Virus record (IMG/VR): IMGVR_UViG_3300028805_003982
Length of the DNA: 64,000 nucleotides
Direction: 5' to 3' (one strand)
DNA from: a virus
Lineage: Duplodnaviria; Caudoviricetes
Below the pieces are notes generated by a model that did not search any database, was not told the DNA's origin, and was given only the letters and a program-made list of their open reading frames with translations. Made by a program: the position numbers and the translations under genes. Of this stretch, positions 48,831 through 59,195 are shown one piece after another; positions within the stretch are counted from its first letter, which is position 1; every line of letters begins with the position of its first letter.

Positions 48831-49898
48831 ATGGCAGAACGCACAATAGCAGGTAATCGAATGTCAATTCGCTCTTTGGTTAGAAGTATGATCGATTGCT
48901 GTGATCGTGATACGGATGTAATCAAGAAGGCACACAACATAGCTATAAGGGAATCTATCTTTTTTAAGGTGTTGAGCGAAATGACTTCACCGGAAACTGA
49001 GGTCGAATTTGAAAAGCTCTTTTGTTATTCCGTTGTTAATCTTGGAGCATATGTCAGTGAAAAGGGTAAAAATGACTTCTTTGACAGAGCTCTCGGTGAG
49101 GGAGAAGACGTTACCGTTTCAGAACAACTTCTCTATCAGATAATTGAGCGCATGGAATCAGAAAGCAAAGTATCTGATTTTGAAGCAGTGTATAGAGATT
49201 GCGTCAGGGAAGCTCTTTACGATCTGGACAGGGATATGAAAACCAGGGATAACTACATTCCCGGCGGGCGCGTAGGAGCTACGGAGTTTGATGCAGGCCA
49301 GACGGTTGACAAACTGATCTCAGACAGACTTGAGAGTTCCAGTAATAACTTAGGTAGCTCCGCTTATCTTAGTAAGATACTCAAAGCGATCCGCTTGCTT
49401 CCCGAATTTTCAGAGTCTTCTGCCAGACCGCTTTCTTATTATGAAGATGCCCGTTTTCTTACAAATGTTTATGCATTGCTGCATACGGTAAGTCAGGAAG
49501 AAAACTGTAATCTGGTCGGACTGGAAAGCAACGGGTTTGATGCAGAAGCTAAGGTCAAGGAGCTCAAACTGGATGAGCCTGAGATTACCGTGTCCCGTTT
49601 TATGAGCTTGGCAAAGTATTGCTATAACATGCTGTTTGATTCAGTCCTTACTTGTGAAGCTTTGACAAATGTTTGGGGTGATGACGGCAAATCCGGCGGT
49701 GCTAAGTACCCCGGAATCCAGACAAAGCACGTAATCCTGGCCTTTGTGCAGTCGGTGTATCCGACATTATTAAAGCCGTTGGCATTAGCCTTCAATAACG
49801 GAGACGAGGTAAGTGCTGAACAGATGATAAAGGAATCCTCGGCAATCAGGGATTTTGAAAATAAGAAGATCAATTTAGGAGGTAATGTAGGATTGTGA
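48831..49898 (+). CDS. Hypothetical helical protein
   Basis: GGAGG RBS. Confidence 0.7.
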   Translation: MAERTIAGNRMSIRSLVRSMIDCCDRDTDVIKKAHNIAIRESIFFKVLSEMTSPETEVEFEKLFCYSVVNLGAYVSEKGKNDFFDRALGEGEDVTVSEQLLYQIIERMESESKVSDFEAVYRDCVREALYDLDRDMKTRDNYIPGGRVGATEFDAGQTVDKLISDRLESSSNNLGSSAYLSKILKAIRLLPEFSESSARPLSYYEDARFLTNVYALLHTVSQEENCNLVGLESNGFDAEAKVKELKLDEPEITVSRFMSLAKYCYNMLFDSVLTCEALTNVWGDDGKSGGAKYPGIQTKHVILAFVQSVYPTLLKPLALAFNNGDEVSAEQMIKESSAIRDFENKKINLGGNVGL

Positions 49899-50413
49899 GC
49901 TTGTCGGATCTGTTGTCTTCTGTGTTAGATCCGGGGAACGGCGTTGATTGGAGGCTGCTGCCTTTTGCTCTGCTTATATTTGGTATTGTTCTCTTTGGGT
50001 TCTGGTACAAAGACCGCAAGGGCAGACATAACCTCAGAAGATATGGTCTGGCAGACATAGACAGAATGTCCGGTGAGGAATTTGAAGACTATCTGGCTCT
50101 TTTATATAAGTCACAAGGGTGGTCGGTGGAACAGATCGGCGGGAGCGGCGACTTCGGGGCTGATCTGATAATCAAAAAGAAAAACAAGTCGTATGTGGTG
50201 CAGGCAAAAAGGTACTCAGAAAAAGTATCGCTTCCTGCGATACAGCAGTCCTTTACAGCCATGTACTACTACAGAACAACCGGGTGTTTGGTGGTAACTA
50301 ACAGCTTTTTTACCCGAAACGCTCAAAAATTAGCGGATGCAGTTGGTTGTGAACTGATAGACAGAAACAACCTTGCAGAATACATAGAAGATCTTAAGAA
50401 AGGAAAGGTATAA
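49895..50413 (+). CDS. Membrane-anchored Mrr-family endonuclease
   Basis: TM helix; MSGEEFE, D.GADL, VQAKRY, VTNS.FT..A. Confidence 0.9.
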   Translation: MSLSDLLSSVLDPGNGVDWRLLPFALLIFGIVLFGFWYKDRKGRHNLRRYGLADIDRMSGEEFEDYLALLYKSQGWSVEQIGGSGDFGADLIIKKKNKSYVVQAKRYSEKVSLPAIQQSFTAMYYYRTTGCLVVTNSFFTRNAQKLADAVGCELIDRNNLAEYIEDLKKGKV

Positions 50414-50417
50414 CGTT

Positions 50418-50618
50418 ATGAATTTTGAAGACAAGATCAGATTGTTAAGAAAGCTTAAGGAGGCTAAGATCACCGATGCAAAGGCGATCGAGAAGCTGAC
50501 TACCAAGGATATGCTTGTCATATCAAAGAAGAATTACGCTACGATCGAAGGCCTCGTTGAACTTCAGGATAACGTAAAGGACATTTTTACTTGGCTGATG
50601 AATGACGATAAGGGCTGA
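50418..50618 (+). CDS. Small hypothetical protein
   Basis: AAGG RBS. Confidence 0.6.
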   Translation: MNFEDKIRLLRKLKEAKITDAKAIEKLTTKDMLVISKKNYATIEGLVELQDNVKDIFTWLMNDDKG

Positions 50619-50632
50619 TGAGGTTTTAGGAG

Positions 50633-51820
50633 ATGAACGAGGTACACATTCTCAATTATCTCTCGGCGCTTGGTATCGACTTTGAGCAGACCGGCCGTTT
50701 CAATGTCAATGTCCTGTCCAGCGATAAGTTCCCGTGCGAGAACTTTAGGGTTGATCCGGTAAAGGATACCTGGACATGGAGTGACAGAAGTCTTTATGGC
50801 AGGGGAGCCTGGGACTTTATCGACAAGTGTGAACAGGGTTCCGCAGGTGACCCGGACCGTATCAAGGCGCGTCTTGCGGAGGTAATGGACGGGGACATTT
50901 TTTCGGATGAATACGGGATCACCATCCCCCAGATCGGTAAGCCCGGTGCTAAACTGTCCGAAGGGTCTTTGGTGTCCATAGATGACGAAGACTTCCGTCT
51001 TCCTCCCAGAAGTTTTAATGCAGCCATGATGGAAAAATATCTCATTGATATTCGCGGCATAAGCAGGGCTGTTCTTAACTACTTTGTGAAGACCAAGCAG
51101 CTCTACGAGTCCGGCGAGGAAATCTTAAATGAGAGCGGAGCTCTGCTCGGGTATGACCATCGTCTTGTATTTTGCGGGCGCAATAACCTGGGTGTCGTGA
51201 TATCGGCTACGAAAAAGAGCATGGAGGAGAAGGGCTCGTATACCAACGTATCCAACTCCGACAAAGAAAACGCTCTCTTTACGTTCCCGGAAAACATACC
51301 GGATCAGACTGACGAGTTGATCATCTTCGAATCAGAGATAGATCTTATGAGTTACCTGTCCTTGCTGGAAGCGACCGGAAGAGACTGGCGATTATATCCT
51401 TGTGTTTCACTTGGGGGCATAACGGCTAATCTTTGGGTATCAAACGGCCTGAAAAAGCTGCTTCAGAGGCTTGCGGGGCTTAAGACCATTAGACTGTCTT
51501 TTGATAATGATGAACAGGGCAGGCGAGGGGCGGCTTCTTTAGCTTTGCATCTGACTGACTATTATGCGGATAACGGAGTTAAGCCTAAAGATATGCCGGT
51601 CATTACCGCGCTGCACCCAGGCGTCAGTTCTTTGTCATATCACCTGAATGCAGACATCAATGATTGGAATGAAGCTTTGAGAATGTATAAGGGTGTGACG
51701 CCCGACAGCAAAAATTGCAGCAAGTTTGATCTTAAAAAGACTTTTAAGGGTGCTGATGATCAGATAAAAGAGGAAGAAGCATCTGCAGACGACGATACAA
51801 AGGAGACAAAAGATGAATAA
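50633..51820 (+). CDS. DUF3991 / toprim primase-like protein
   Basis: YL...RGI, IFES.ID.MSY, SLGG, FDND..G, DWNE.L. Confidence 0.85.
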   Translation: MNEVHILNYLSALGIDFEQTGRFNVNVLSSDKFPCENFRVDPVKDTWTWSDRSLYGRGAWDFIDKCEQGSAGDPDRIKARLAEVMDGDIFSDEYGITIPQIGKPGAKLSEGSLVSIDDEDFRLPPRSFNAAMMEKYLIDIRGISRAVLNYFVKTKQLYESGEEILNESGALLGYDHRLVFCGRNNLGVVISATKKSMEEKGSYTNVSNSDKENALFTFPENIPDQTDELIIFESEIDLMSYLSLLEATGRDWRLYPCVSLGGITANLWVSNGLKKLLQRLAGLKTIRLSFDNDEQGRRGAASLALHLTDYYADNGVKPKDMPVITALHPGVSSLSYHLNADINDWNEALRMYKGVTPDSKNCSKFDLKKTFKGADDQIKEEEASADDDTKETKDE

Positions 51821-52346
51821 TGCTGACGTTGATAGGAGTAAGGTAAGGGCGTATCTGGAAGAACATCGTAGTATCACGGACGATGAAGCCCGCAGGTTTA
51901 TCGGAACGACCCGTGTCGGTGCCAGGATCTGGGATCTCAGACATCTGGACGGTTTGGACATAGTCACCTTTATGATTAGTGTGCCTAAACGGGAAGGCCG
52001 TACTGCAAGAGTTGCTAAATACATGTTCTGGACGGATGTTGCGGACTTAATATCTCCCGAAGGTGTTATAGAGGCTTTGAAGTCAATGAAGTATAAGGTC
52101 GTTGAAGAAAACTCTTCCAACAAAGAGTTCTGTCGTATGGTGAAGGAAAACCCTGATACACACAAGCTGTTTTGTGTAACGGTGCCTAAAGATGAGTATG
52201 GACTGACATACAAGACATCTCTTAGAAAGTGTGTTAATCAGGTTCTTTCAGATCCTGCCTATGCGGGCAACGAAGGTAAGCTTCTTACTTTGTTTGTGCG
52301 TTATACGGAAGAAGTCCGCAAAGAACCGGAGGAAAGAATATTATGA
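51813..52346 (+). CDS. N-terminal winged-HTH protein
   Basis: L....SIT..EA....G..R..ARI.DLR..G..I. Confidence 0.7.
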   Translation: MNNADVDRSKVRAYLEEHRSITDDEARRFIGTTRVGARIWDLRHLDGLDIVTFMISVPKREGRTARVAKYMFWTDVADLISPEGVIEALKSMKYKVVEENSSNKEFCRMVKENPDTHKLFCVTVPKDEYGLTYKTSLRKCVNQVLSDPAYAGNEGKLLTLFVRYTEEVRKEPEERIL

Positions 52347-53527
52347 ACAGCTATTACGTAGAGTATTTCAGAGATATGCGGAGCATAACATCTGAAGAGC
52401 TCGGCGCATTAATGCGCGGTGAACAGATAACAGAGGAGAATAGACGTACCAATGCAGGGTATGCAAATTCGATCATCCGTGAGTATCCCAAGCTGGATAA
52501 CGACACGATCGAGAAGCTGGCAAAGGTGCTTGAGGTTTCACCTTTGTGGTTTACGTGTGCGCCTTGCCTTTTATCTATTGAGGACCTCCATTATTATCTG
52601 AAAACGGTTCCCGATGAGCAGGACCCTGAAGGCAGAGGCAATCTGAGCAACATTCTTATACCCGTGCAGGATAAAGACAGTGCGGTAGCTTTTAAGTTTG
52701 AGATCTCGAACGGTGATCTGGCGCAGGCTCTTGCAACATACCAGAACCAGAAGAAAGCTTTCTGGAACGGCAGTCTGACCCCTAATGAGTGGAATAACTG
52801 GAGGCTTGGTTGTCTTAAAAAGAGCCCTGAGTTCAAGGCTCAGAAAGGTCGTACGATGAGGGATTTCATCAATATGTATGATGATCTTACATTGACTCAG
52901 TGCGCTGAGAAGATGGTCGCTCACGAGAATTCGGAGAACAATGCAGCCTACAGCGCGATGATATCTGCCATGATGAAGCGTATCAATAACAGTGTTAAGG
53001 AAATGGGTCTTGATGAGGCAGCGGCTAAGGAGCTCGCAAACGAACGCATCATAGAAGAACAGTCCAAGCTCAAAGCTCCCGAAGCGGTTACTAAGCAGAA
53101 CATGCTCAGAAGAATGAGGAAGTATTTTAATGGGGTTGCAGAGCCGCCCAGAAGGTTTGCCAAGAACTTCTGCGACGAGTTTAAGGATTACGGAATGACC
53201 CTGGATCTCTGGCATTGTGACTTTTATTTTTCGAGCTGGGAGGATTTTTACAATCTTATAGTCGTTGCAGACATCATGGTGTGTCCTGTCGTTTTCAGCA
53301 ATGTCGACAAGAAGGCCTTTATCACCTTTGATAAGAAGATCTTTACTTCGGCTATTGCAATGCCTATCAGGAATATCGTTGCCAATGTAGACACTTATGA
53401 TGACAGCGATGATGACGAAGACGATGAAGATTCATACGAAAAGGATTATCGTGCCAGAATGATCTATGACGCCAAGGCGGCAAGAGCGGCGGGCGGTGAT
53501 CCCAGACGCGGCGGAGCGAGGGGCTGA
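52343..53527 (+). CDS. Protein with degenerate XRE-like HTH
   Basis: FR.MR.IT.EELG...IEKLAKVLEVSP.W. Confidence 0.55.
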   Translation: MNSYYVEYFRDMRSITSEELGALMRGEQITEENRRTNAGYANSIIREYPKLDNDTIEKLAKVLEVSPLWFTCAPCLLSIEDLHYYLKTVPDEQDPEGRGNLSNILIPVQDKDSAVAFKFEISNGDLAQALATYQNQKKAFWNGSLTPNEWNNWRLGCLKKSPEFKAQKGRTMRDFINMYDDLTLTQCAEKMVAHENSENNAAYSAMISAMMKRINNSVKEMGLDEAAAKELANERIIEEQSKLKAPEAVTKQNMLRRMRKYFNGVAEPPRRFAKNFCDEFKDYGMTLDLWHCDFYFSSWEDFYNLIVVADIMVCPVVFSNVDKKAFITFDKKIFTSAIAMPIRNIVANVDTYDDSDDDEDDEDSYEKDYRARMIYDAKAARAAGGDPRRGGARG

Positions 53528-53955
53528 TGATTATGTGGATACGCATGAATGATAACTTTTACGATGTTAAGGTTAAGGTCACGACCTGCGAGAACGGCGG
53601 GCTTAATCTGGATTTGCATGAGAGGGGGACCGGCAGACTCATTTCCCGGCTCTCCAATAATTTTTGTGCGCTTGATAATCCCGGGTATTTTCTTCTGGAT
53701 TACAGTATAGCTTGGACTTTGACCGATATAGTGGAGTTTCTTTTTGATAACGACATCGCTATATATGCCGGGGCAAAAGTCGTGTCCAATACCGAAAGAG
53801 CCTACGTCTTCAGATGTAATCTCAGTCAGCTTTTGAAGTTTGACCGTGACGGTACAATGGCTTATATGGCCCGGCACCATATAGATAAGGCTCGACTTAC
53901 CCGGATAACGCGTGATTATTATGACGATCAGACCAATCTGGTGCTTGTAGTGTAA
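53527..53955 (+). CDS. DUF4313-like protein
   Basis: L.L.L......LS.N...FL.D...EFL..N.IA. Confidence 0.5.
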   Translation: MIMWIRMNDNFYDVKVKVTTCENGGLNLDLHERGTGRLISRLSNNFCALDNPGYFLLDYSIAWTLTDIVEFLFDNDIAIYAGAKVVSNTERAYVFRCNLSQLLKFDRDGTMAYMARHHIDKARLTRITRDYYDDQTNLVLVV

Positions 53956-54023
53956 TATATTGAGGTCTAAATCTTAAAACCCCTGTCAAAATCTGTATAA
54001 AGAGATTTTAGGGGGTTTTTATT

Positions 54024-55085
54024 ATGCCTTACATTAAACCCAACAAAAAGAAGTATGAAGGGCCTTCTAAAGAAGACCGTCTGAAAGAGTTCGCTCAAAA
54101 GATGGCGGATATGGTGCTCGATAATCTTAAATCTCAGAACGCTGTGTATTCAGCCGGCTGGGAAGGTGGCGAGGACGGACTGCCGTTTAGCCTTATCAGA
54201 GGTACTAATTATTCCGGAACAAATATGTGGATGCTGCTTCTTACCGGCGCAGATGCAAAGTATTCAAGCAACGCATGGCTGACATTTAAAGATGCTCAGA
54301 ATGAAGGCGGTCACGTTAAGGCAGGAGAGCATGGTACATCCATTATGAGAGTTATCTGGAAGGACGAGATCGTCATTAAGAAGGACAAAGACGGCAATCC
54401 GGAGCTTGACGCAAAAGGCAAGCCCCAGATGGTAAGAGCGTCCAAATTCGGTGGTGTTAAGTTCTTTACCGTATTTAACTATGACCAGTGTGAGGGGTTG
54501 AAGCCATTGGAAGAATACAGCTCATATAAGGCAAGGAAGAGAAATCACCATATTCCGGAGGATTCTTACATGGCAGTTGCCGAAGAAATGTGTGATAACG
54601 CTTTCGTTCCTGTTGAGTGGCGCGGAGTTGAAGCATATTACAGACCTTCTAAGGATTTGGTAGTTCTTCCGGATAAAGACAGGTTCCTTTCGGGGTTCAG
54701 GTGTTTTGGTACAGCTGCCCACGAATTGTCGCACGCGTCTGGAGCAGAAAGCCGTCTTAACAGGGATCTTAAACACAGATTTGCTTCCTCGGCATACGCT
54801 TTTGAGGAGCTTATAGCAGAGTTTTCAGCGTCGATGCTCTGCGCAATGCTCGGTGGTTCCAAAGAGATCGAGGAGAGCTCGGTAGCTTATCTGACCAATT
54901 GGGCTGAAGTAATCAAGAAAGACCCGGCAGTGCTGATCTATGACGTATTGCCGCAGGCTACCAAAGCATGTGCATACGTCAGTGAACATTGCGATCTTGA
55001 AAAGATATTGGAAAAGCACGGATTCAACACGGAAACCGGCGTCGATGATACTGGAGTGGCAGAAGATTCCGGACATTCGTTGTAA
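54024..55085 (+). CDS. ardC: ArdC-family antirestriction / ssDNA-binding protein with zincin domain
   Basis: YSGTN..L, WLTF..A...GG.V..GE.G, VFN..Q, AYY.P..D...P, HELSH, YA.EEL.AE. Confidence 0.92.
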   Translation: MPYIKPNKKKYEGPSKEDRLKEFAQKMADMVLDNLKSQNAVYSAGWEGGEDGLPFSLIRGTNYSGTNMWMLLLTGADAKYSSNAWLTFKDAQNEGGHVKAGEHGTSIMRVIWKDEIVIKKDKDGNPELDAKGKPQMVRASKFGGVKFFTVFNYDQCEGLKPLEEYSSYKARKRNHHIPEDSYMAVAEEMCDNAFVPVEWRGVEAYYRPSKDLVVLPDKDRFLSGFRCFGTAAHELSHASGAESRLNRDLKHRFASSAYAFEELIAEFSASMLCAMLGGSKEIEESSVAYLTNWAEVIKKDPAVLIYDVLPQATKACAYVSEHCDLEKILEKHGFNTETGVDDTGVAEDSGHSL

Positions 55086-55102
55086 CTAAAGAGGAGGGGA
55101 GT

Positions 55103-55747
55103 ATGGACACTTTTAAAAACTACGGTGACAAGGATTTCTTTAATTACGGGATACTTGTATCGGAGCAGTCAGATTCGGAGTTCCGTATTCTGATGTGCAG
55201 GCCTTATGATGAAGTCAATCCGGACGATGGGCAGATCCATTATCAGTTTGCAGACATGACAGTCGATATTAATGATAACTGGATCAAAGAGGATCAGGTA
55301 GCAAAATACGCGGGCGTTGATAAATCAACTGATCCGATCCGCTTTGCCATTGCTTGTGTTGATTATTATGGCCCGGAAAACTTTGGTGCGGAAGGTTATT
55401 CATATCAGTATGATTGGCGTGACTGTACTAAAGAAGAGGTATTAAAGCAGCTTGGCGGATATACATTTGACTGGGACGGCATGACTTTTGAAGGGCTTCC
55501 GTATGATCTTACTGATCTTAGCGGAACGGAGTACGTCGAATGGCTTCCCGTTTTTGTTCAGGATGCTTTGGCTGATCTGGTGGATAAAGCGTGTGCCGCA
55601 GATCTGGTAAAAAGGGATGAGTGGCTCCAGGGATTGGGGGATCGTCATTTAGATGAACTGAATGAGATCGTTGACTGGAGAAGCTATACGGACCACATGA
55701 CTCTTAGTGGCATGAGAACAATGGATGCACATACTTTAGGTGAATAA
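55103..55747 (+). CDS. Acidic hypothetical protein
   Basis: NYGD..F..YG motif; GGAGG RBS. Confidence 0.7.
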   Translation: MDTFKNYGDKDFFNYGILVSEQSDSEFRILMCRPYDEVNPDDGQIHYQFADMTVDINDNWIKEDQVAKYAGVDKSTDPIRFAIACVDYYGPENFGAEGYSYQYDWRDCTKEEVLKQLGGYTFDWDGMTFEGLPYDLTDLSGTEYVEWLPVFVQDALADLVDKACAADLVKRDEWLQGLGDRHLDELNEIVDWRSYTDHMTLSGMRTMDAHTLGE

Positions 55748-55759
55748 GGAGGAAAAAGT

Positions 55760-56221
55760 ATGAAACCTTTTATCTTTGATCTTGATAAAGACAAGTTTAG
55801 TCGCATGGAAGCGTATTTTGATCAGTCGTTGCATAAAACGGTAAAGCATTTATGCAATACTTTAACCAAGTTAGAACTTTGGAACAGGGCAGGCGTGATC
55901 AATAATCCCGGACAGAGGGCAATTATTAAGAACGAGATCTTTATTGAACTGACTCAGCTACAGAGTCTTGCGGAACGCTGCAGCACAACGGATATTCCCG
56001 CAGCAATGTATAATGTTCTTCAGTATTACAGAAAAGAGGTCGATAAGGCTCACAGATACATGAGCTTTGATAATCCTAAGTTTGCCATCGAATCTTTAAG
56101 AGAAGGCCTTTGGAGTGTTTGTTCGGCTATGGATTATCCTGATTTCCAGAATGCCAAGGATCATATATTGAAGCAGACACAGCAGGAATTGGATTCTGCT
56201 ATGACCATGCACGAGCTTTAA
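55760..56221 (+). CDS. Hypothetical protein
   Basis: AAGGAGG RBS. Confidence 0.7.
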   Translation: MKPFIFDLDKDKFSRMEAYFDQSLHKTVKHLCNTLTKLELWNRAGVINNPGQRAIIKNEIFIELTQLQSLAERCSTTDIPAAMYNVLQYYRKEVDKAHRYMSFDNPKFAIESLREGLWSVCSAMDYPDFQNAKDHILKQTQQELDSAMTMHEL

Positions 56222-56235
56222 GGAGGAAAGATCAA

Positions 56236-56634
56236 ATGATCAATGTTGTTGTCGGGAAATCTGACGCTTATGTCATGTCGCACTTTGGGTGCAAGTTTGT
56301 TGCAACGGCATATTTGGTGTCGGGCCCCGGTAAGGCACATGTAAAAGACAAAGCGTTCCTTAATACTAAGGATGAAATTGCTGATTGGGCATACAGTGTT
56401 AACGCAGATCACCTTAATTTTAATGACGACGTTCTAATTAAAGACATGATCGATGACACTGTACAGATCTTTAAAAAGCTTGATGATGAATCGGGTTTTG
56501 CATATGACCTTCCTGATTTTCTTGAAGCAGCCAAGCTCACTACTGACGATGCTTGGAATAAACTTATGCAGGTTTTGAAAGACAACGATTGTGAATTAAG
56601 ATCGGGCAGTTCCGTGGCTGATGAGGGGCTGTGA
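56236..56634 (+). CDS. Hypothetical protein
   Basis: AGGAGG RBS. Confidence 0.7.
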   Translation: MINVVVGKSDAYVMSHFGCKFVATAYLVSGPGKAHVKDKAFLNTKDEIADWAYSVNADHLNFNDDVLIKDMIDDTVQIFKKLDDESGFAYDLPDFLEAAKLTTDDAWNKLMQVLKDNDCELRSGSSVADEGL

Positions 56635-56706
56635 CATAAATAAGGAATACGATTTTTATTCGGGTTTGGACGATAATACACTTTAATGAAAACGGAGGGA
56701 GTGGTC

Positions 56707-57174
56707 ATGGATCTTAGCAGAGAGATACCTTGTTATAACAACATTGAAGAGGCCAGAGATAAATGGATCGGTCAGGACATAAGCAAATATGATTTTCTGG
56801 AATGCAATATAGCGGACACTCCAACCTTTTTGTGCTGTACGAATCTGGTGTACGAAGATGAGGTTTGGAATAAATGTGAAGAGATGCTTGAAAATGGCAG
56901 TCCGTACGATATTATGCCGCCTTTGTCTTTGATGTATTCTTGCTTTGACCTCGGATCTACCGCCGATGCATTCAGGGATTTTGAAGGTCCCCGAATGTCT
57001 GCGGAAACTGCCGAACGGTTGTGGACTGAGTTAAAAGAGGTGTTTGCGGATTATTCCAGCAACCCGGATAAAGACAGATTGGTGGATGCCGCATCAGCGT
57101 TCAGAGACATCGTTGTTGAAGCATTTGAAATATGCAGCGATCATAAACTTGAGTATTTGCTCGACAGTTATTAA
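56707..57174 (+). CDS. Acidic hypothetical protein
   Basis: GGAGGGAG RBS. Confidence 0.7.
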   Translation: MDLSREIPCYNNIEEARDKWIGQDISKYDFLECNIADTPTFLCCTNLVYEDEVWNKCEEMLENGSPYDIMPPLSLMYSCFDLGSTADAFRDFEGPRMSAETAERLWTELKEVFADYSSNPDKDRLVDAASAFRDIVVEAFEICSDHKLEYLLDSY

Positions 57175-57192
57175 TGACAGAGGAGGGAAGAT

Positions 57193-57747
57193 ATGAACGG
57201 CGTTGATGAAACAATGGAACTTCAAAACGAACTTAACGCAAAGGTTGATCTTGGTTTGCCCGATCAGCAGCTTGAAGCTCTGTATTTTGCCAAGAATGCA
57301 GCACTGCATAATAGACTGTCTTGGGGGTACTGCAGCGATCTGGCGGAACGTATCATAGGACACTCGTCTAAGTTTACCCCCGAGAATTGGGATACTATGG
57401 CTGAAGCCGTTAAAGAGCTGGATTTCAAAGAGACGGCTGCTGAAACTGTAGGCGGAACCATTGCAGGTAATTGCACGTTAAGGGCTTTTAACGCAATCCT
57501 CGTGTGGGATATGTTCAAATATACCAATCTCCGCAAAAAGATCGAAGAAAAATGGTGTACTGAGAAAAACCTTATACTGATGCAGTCTGATCCGGAGTAC
57601 TTTGGACCTGCGATCCATTATACAAAGAAGATCTTTAAGGAGAAGCTTATGGATTGTGAATTGCCGGATCAGCTTGCCAAAGCAGATAATATGTCCAGGG
57701 GTGCCCGGGCATATGAAAGACGGTATGGTAAAGGACTTCATATCTGA
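57193..57747 (+). CDS. Hypothetical protein
   Basis: GGAGG RBS. Confidence 0.7.
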   Translation: MNGVDETMELQNELNAKVDLGLPDQQLEALYFAKNAALHNRLSWGYCSDLAERIIGHSSKFTPENWDTMAEAVKELDFKETAAETVGGTIAGNCTLRAFNAILVWDMFKYTNLRKKIEEKWCTEKNLILMQSDPEYFGPAIHYTKKIFKEKLMDCELPDQLAKADNMSRGARAYERRYGKGLHI

Positions 57748-57812
57748 TTTGGTCAATTTTAGATAATCGCGGTTATACTATTTGTATAATAATTAGAAAA
57801 GGATGTAAAACT

Positions 57813-58316
57813 ATGGACTTTAATGATCTTTTTAAGAACGCAAATCTCCCGACGGCGGATGTAGTTACTAATTATAAGCAGTCTTTTGAGCAGCTTACCA
57901 AGGAATACACTGATCTGGACGCGCAGATCAGCAAGATGGAAGCGCGGCAGGAAGCCATCAAGGAGCAGCTTATGGCTGATATGCAGAAGTATGGATTAAA
58001 GAATGAAGAATCATCTACTTGTACTTTTAGCGTTTCGCCAGGAAAGACGACTCACAGTTGTTCCTTAAAAACTATCGAAGAAAAGGCACCAGATATTCTG
58101 GCGATGCTCCAGCAGAGACAGCTTATTACCGAGAAGGTCGGTAAGCCCAGTTTGTCTATTAAGATCAAAGGACCTGAAAAGACAAAAAAAACGCCGGCAA
58201 AGAATGCTCGTGCTATCAAACCGGCAGGGAATAGTACAGTTCCTTTGAATATACCCAGACCGATAGCACCCCCTACTGCGATCCCCGGTCTTGACACTCC
58301 GGTGGAATCTTTGTAA
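57813..58316 (+). CDS. Phage-like coiled-coil protein with Pro-rich tail
   Basis: Coiled coil, then L...M.KYG.K; own TATAAT upstream. Confidence 0.65.
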   Translation: MDFNDLFKNANLPTADVVTNYKQSFEQLTKEYTDLDAQISKMEARQEAIKEQLMADMQKYGLKNEESSTCTFSVSPGKTTHSCSLKTIEEKAPDILAMLQQRQLITEKVGKPSLSIKIKGPEKTKKTPAKNARAIKPAGNSTVPLNIPRPIAPPTAIPGLDTPVESL

Positions 58317-58388
58317 TTGAACGGCGCAGGGGCTTCTTGAAAATTGTGATCGAATCCTCACCTCAATCCGAAAGTTGAAGGAAGCTGT

Positions 58389-59195
58389 ATGAGAATAGAT
58401 TATGGAGAAGTATTATTTGTAGGACAATGCAATCTAAAATGCTTTTATTGTTTAGGAAATGAAATGCATGAGTCTACTAAGTGCAATACACTTAATACTC
58501 ACTTTCAGGATTGGCCTAACTTTGCTAAATGGTTATATCATCTAAAAAATAATAATGTAGAAAAGATCTACCTTTCATCTACAAATAGTGAACCTCTTCT
58601 ATATACATACTTATCTGACTTAATTGATTTCTTACAAGAACTTGGCTTTAAGGTGGGTATTAGAACTAATGCTTCCTTAGATACAACTGTTTGTGATAAG
58701 TGTAAAGAAGAGATTTCTTTGTCATTACAGTCTCTTAATCCAGAAACATTCGAAAAAATCACTGGAACACCACTTACTTTTGATTTTATCAAACATCTTG
58801 ATCAGCTTACTAACAACAATGTACGTGTTAGTATAGTTGTTAATAGATACAATTATCTTGAGATATTTGATATGCTCAATAGACTTAAGAACTATGGTCT
58901 TAGATATGTACAGTTAAGACAGTGTTATAAGTACTATGAAACTGATATTCAGCCAGATATAGAAGCGTTTAATGATGTAGTAAGTAAGCTTAAATCATTT
59001 CCCATAAAAGGTAACTTCAATGAGTCAGTTATCTATGATGTAGATGGACTTCCGGTGTCTGTATGGGAAACTGTATTTAAGAAAGAAAGTATTAGTTCTT
59101 CTAATTACTGGACAAATGGTGTTATTACTGAAAACAATCTTTTAGTAGAAGGATATGAAGATGAACGTAAAGGAATTTTACAACAACAATTTTGA
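58389..59195 (+). CDS. Radical SAM enzyme
   Basis: CNLKCFYC (CxxxCxxC), EPLLY, RTN; AT-rich codons. Confidence 0.9.
   Translation: MRIDYGEVLFVGQCNLKCFYCLGNEMHESTKCNTLNTHFQDWPNFAKWLYHLKNNNVEKIYLSSTNSEPLLYTYLSDLIDFLQELGFKVGIRTNASLDTTVCDKCKEEISLSLQSLNPETFEKITGTPLTFDFIKHLDQLTNNNVRVSIVVNRYNYLEIFDMLNRLKNYGLRYVQLRQCYKYYETDIQPDIEAFNDVVSKLKSFPIKGNFNESVIYDVDGLPVSVWETVFKKESISSSNYWTNGVITENNLLVEGYEDERKGILQQQF

Noticed and set aside
58344-58362. tRNA T-arm-like gatcgaatcc
   Set aside because: No D arm, anticodon arm or acceptor stem
58389-59195. Prokaryotic viperin call
   Set aside because: Only the generic CxxxCxxC motif is evident; viperin-specific motifs were not recognised
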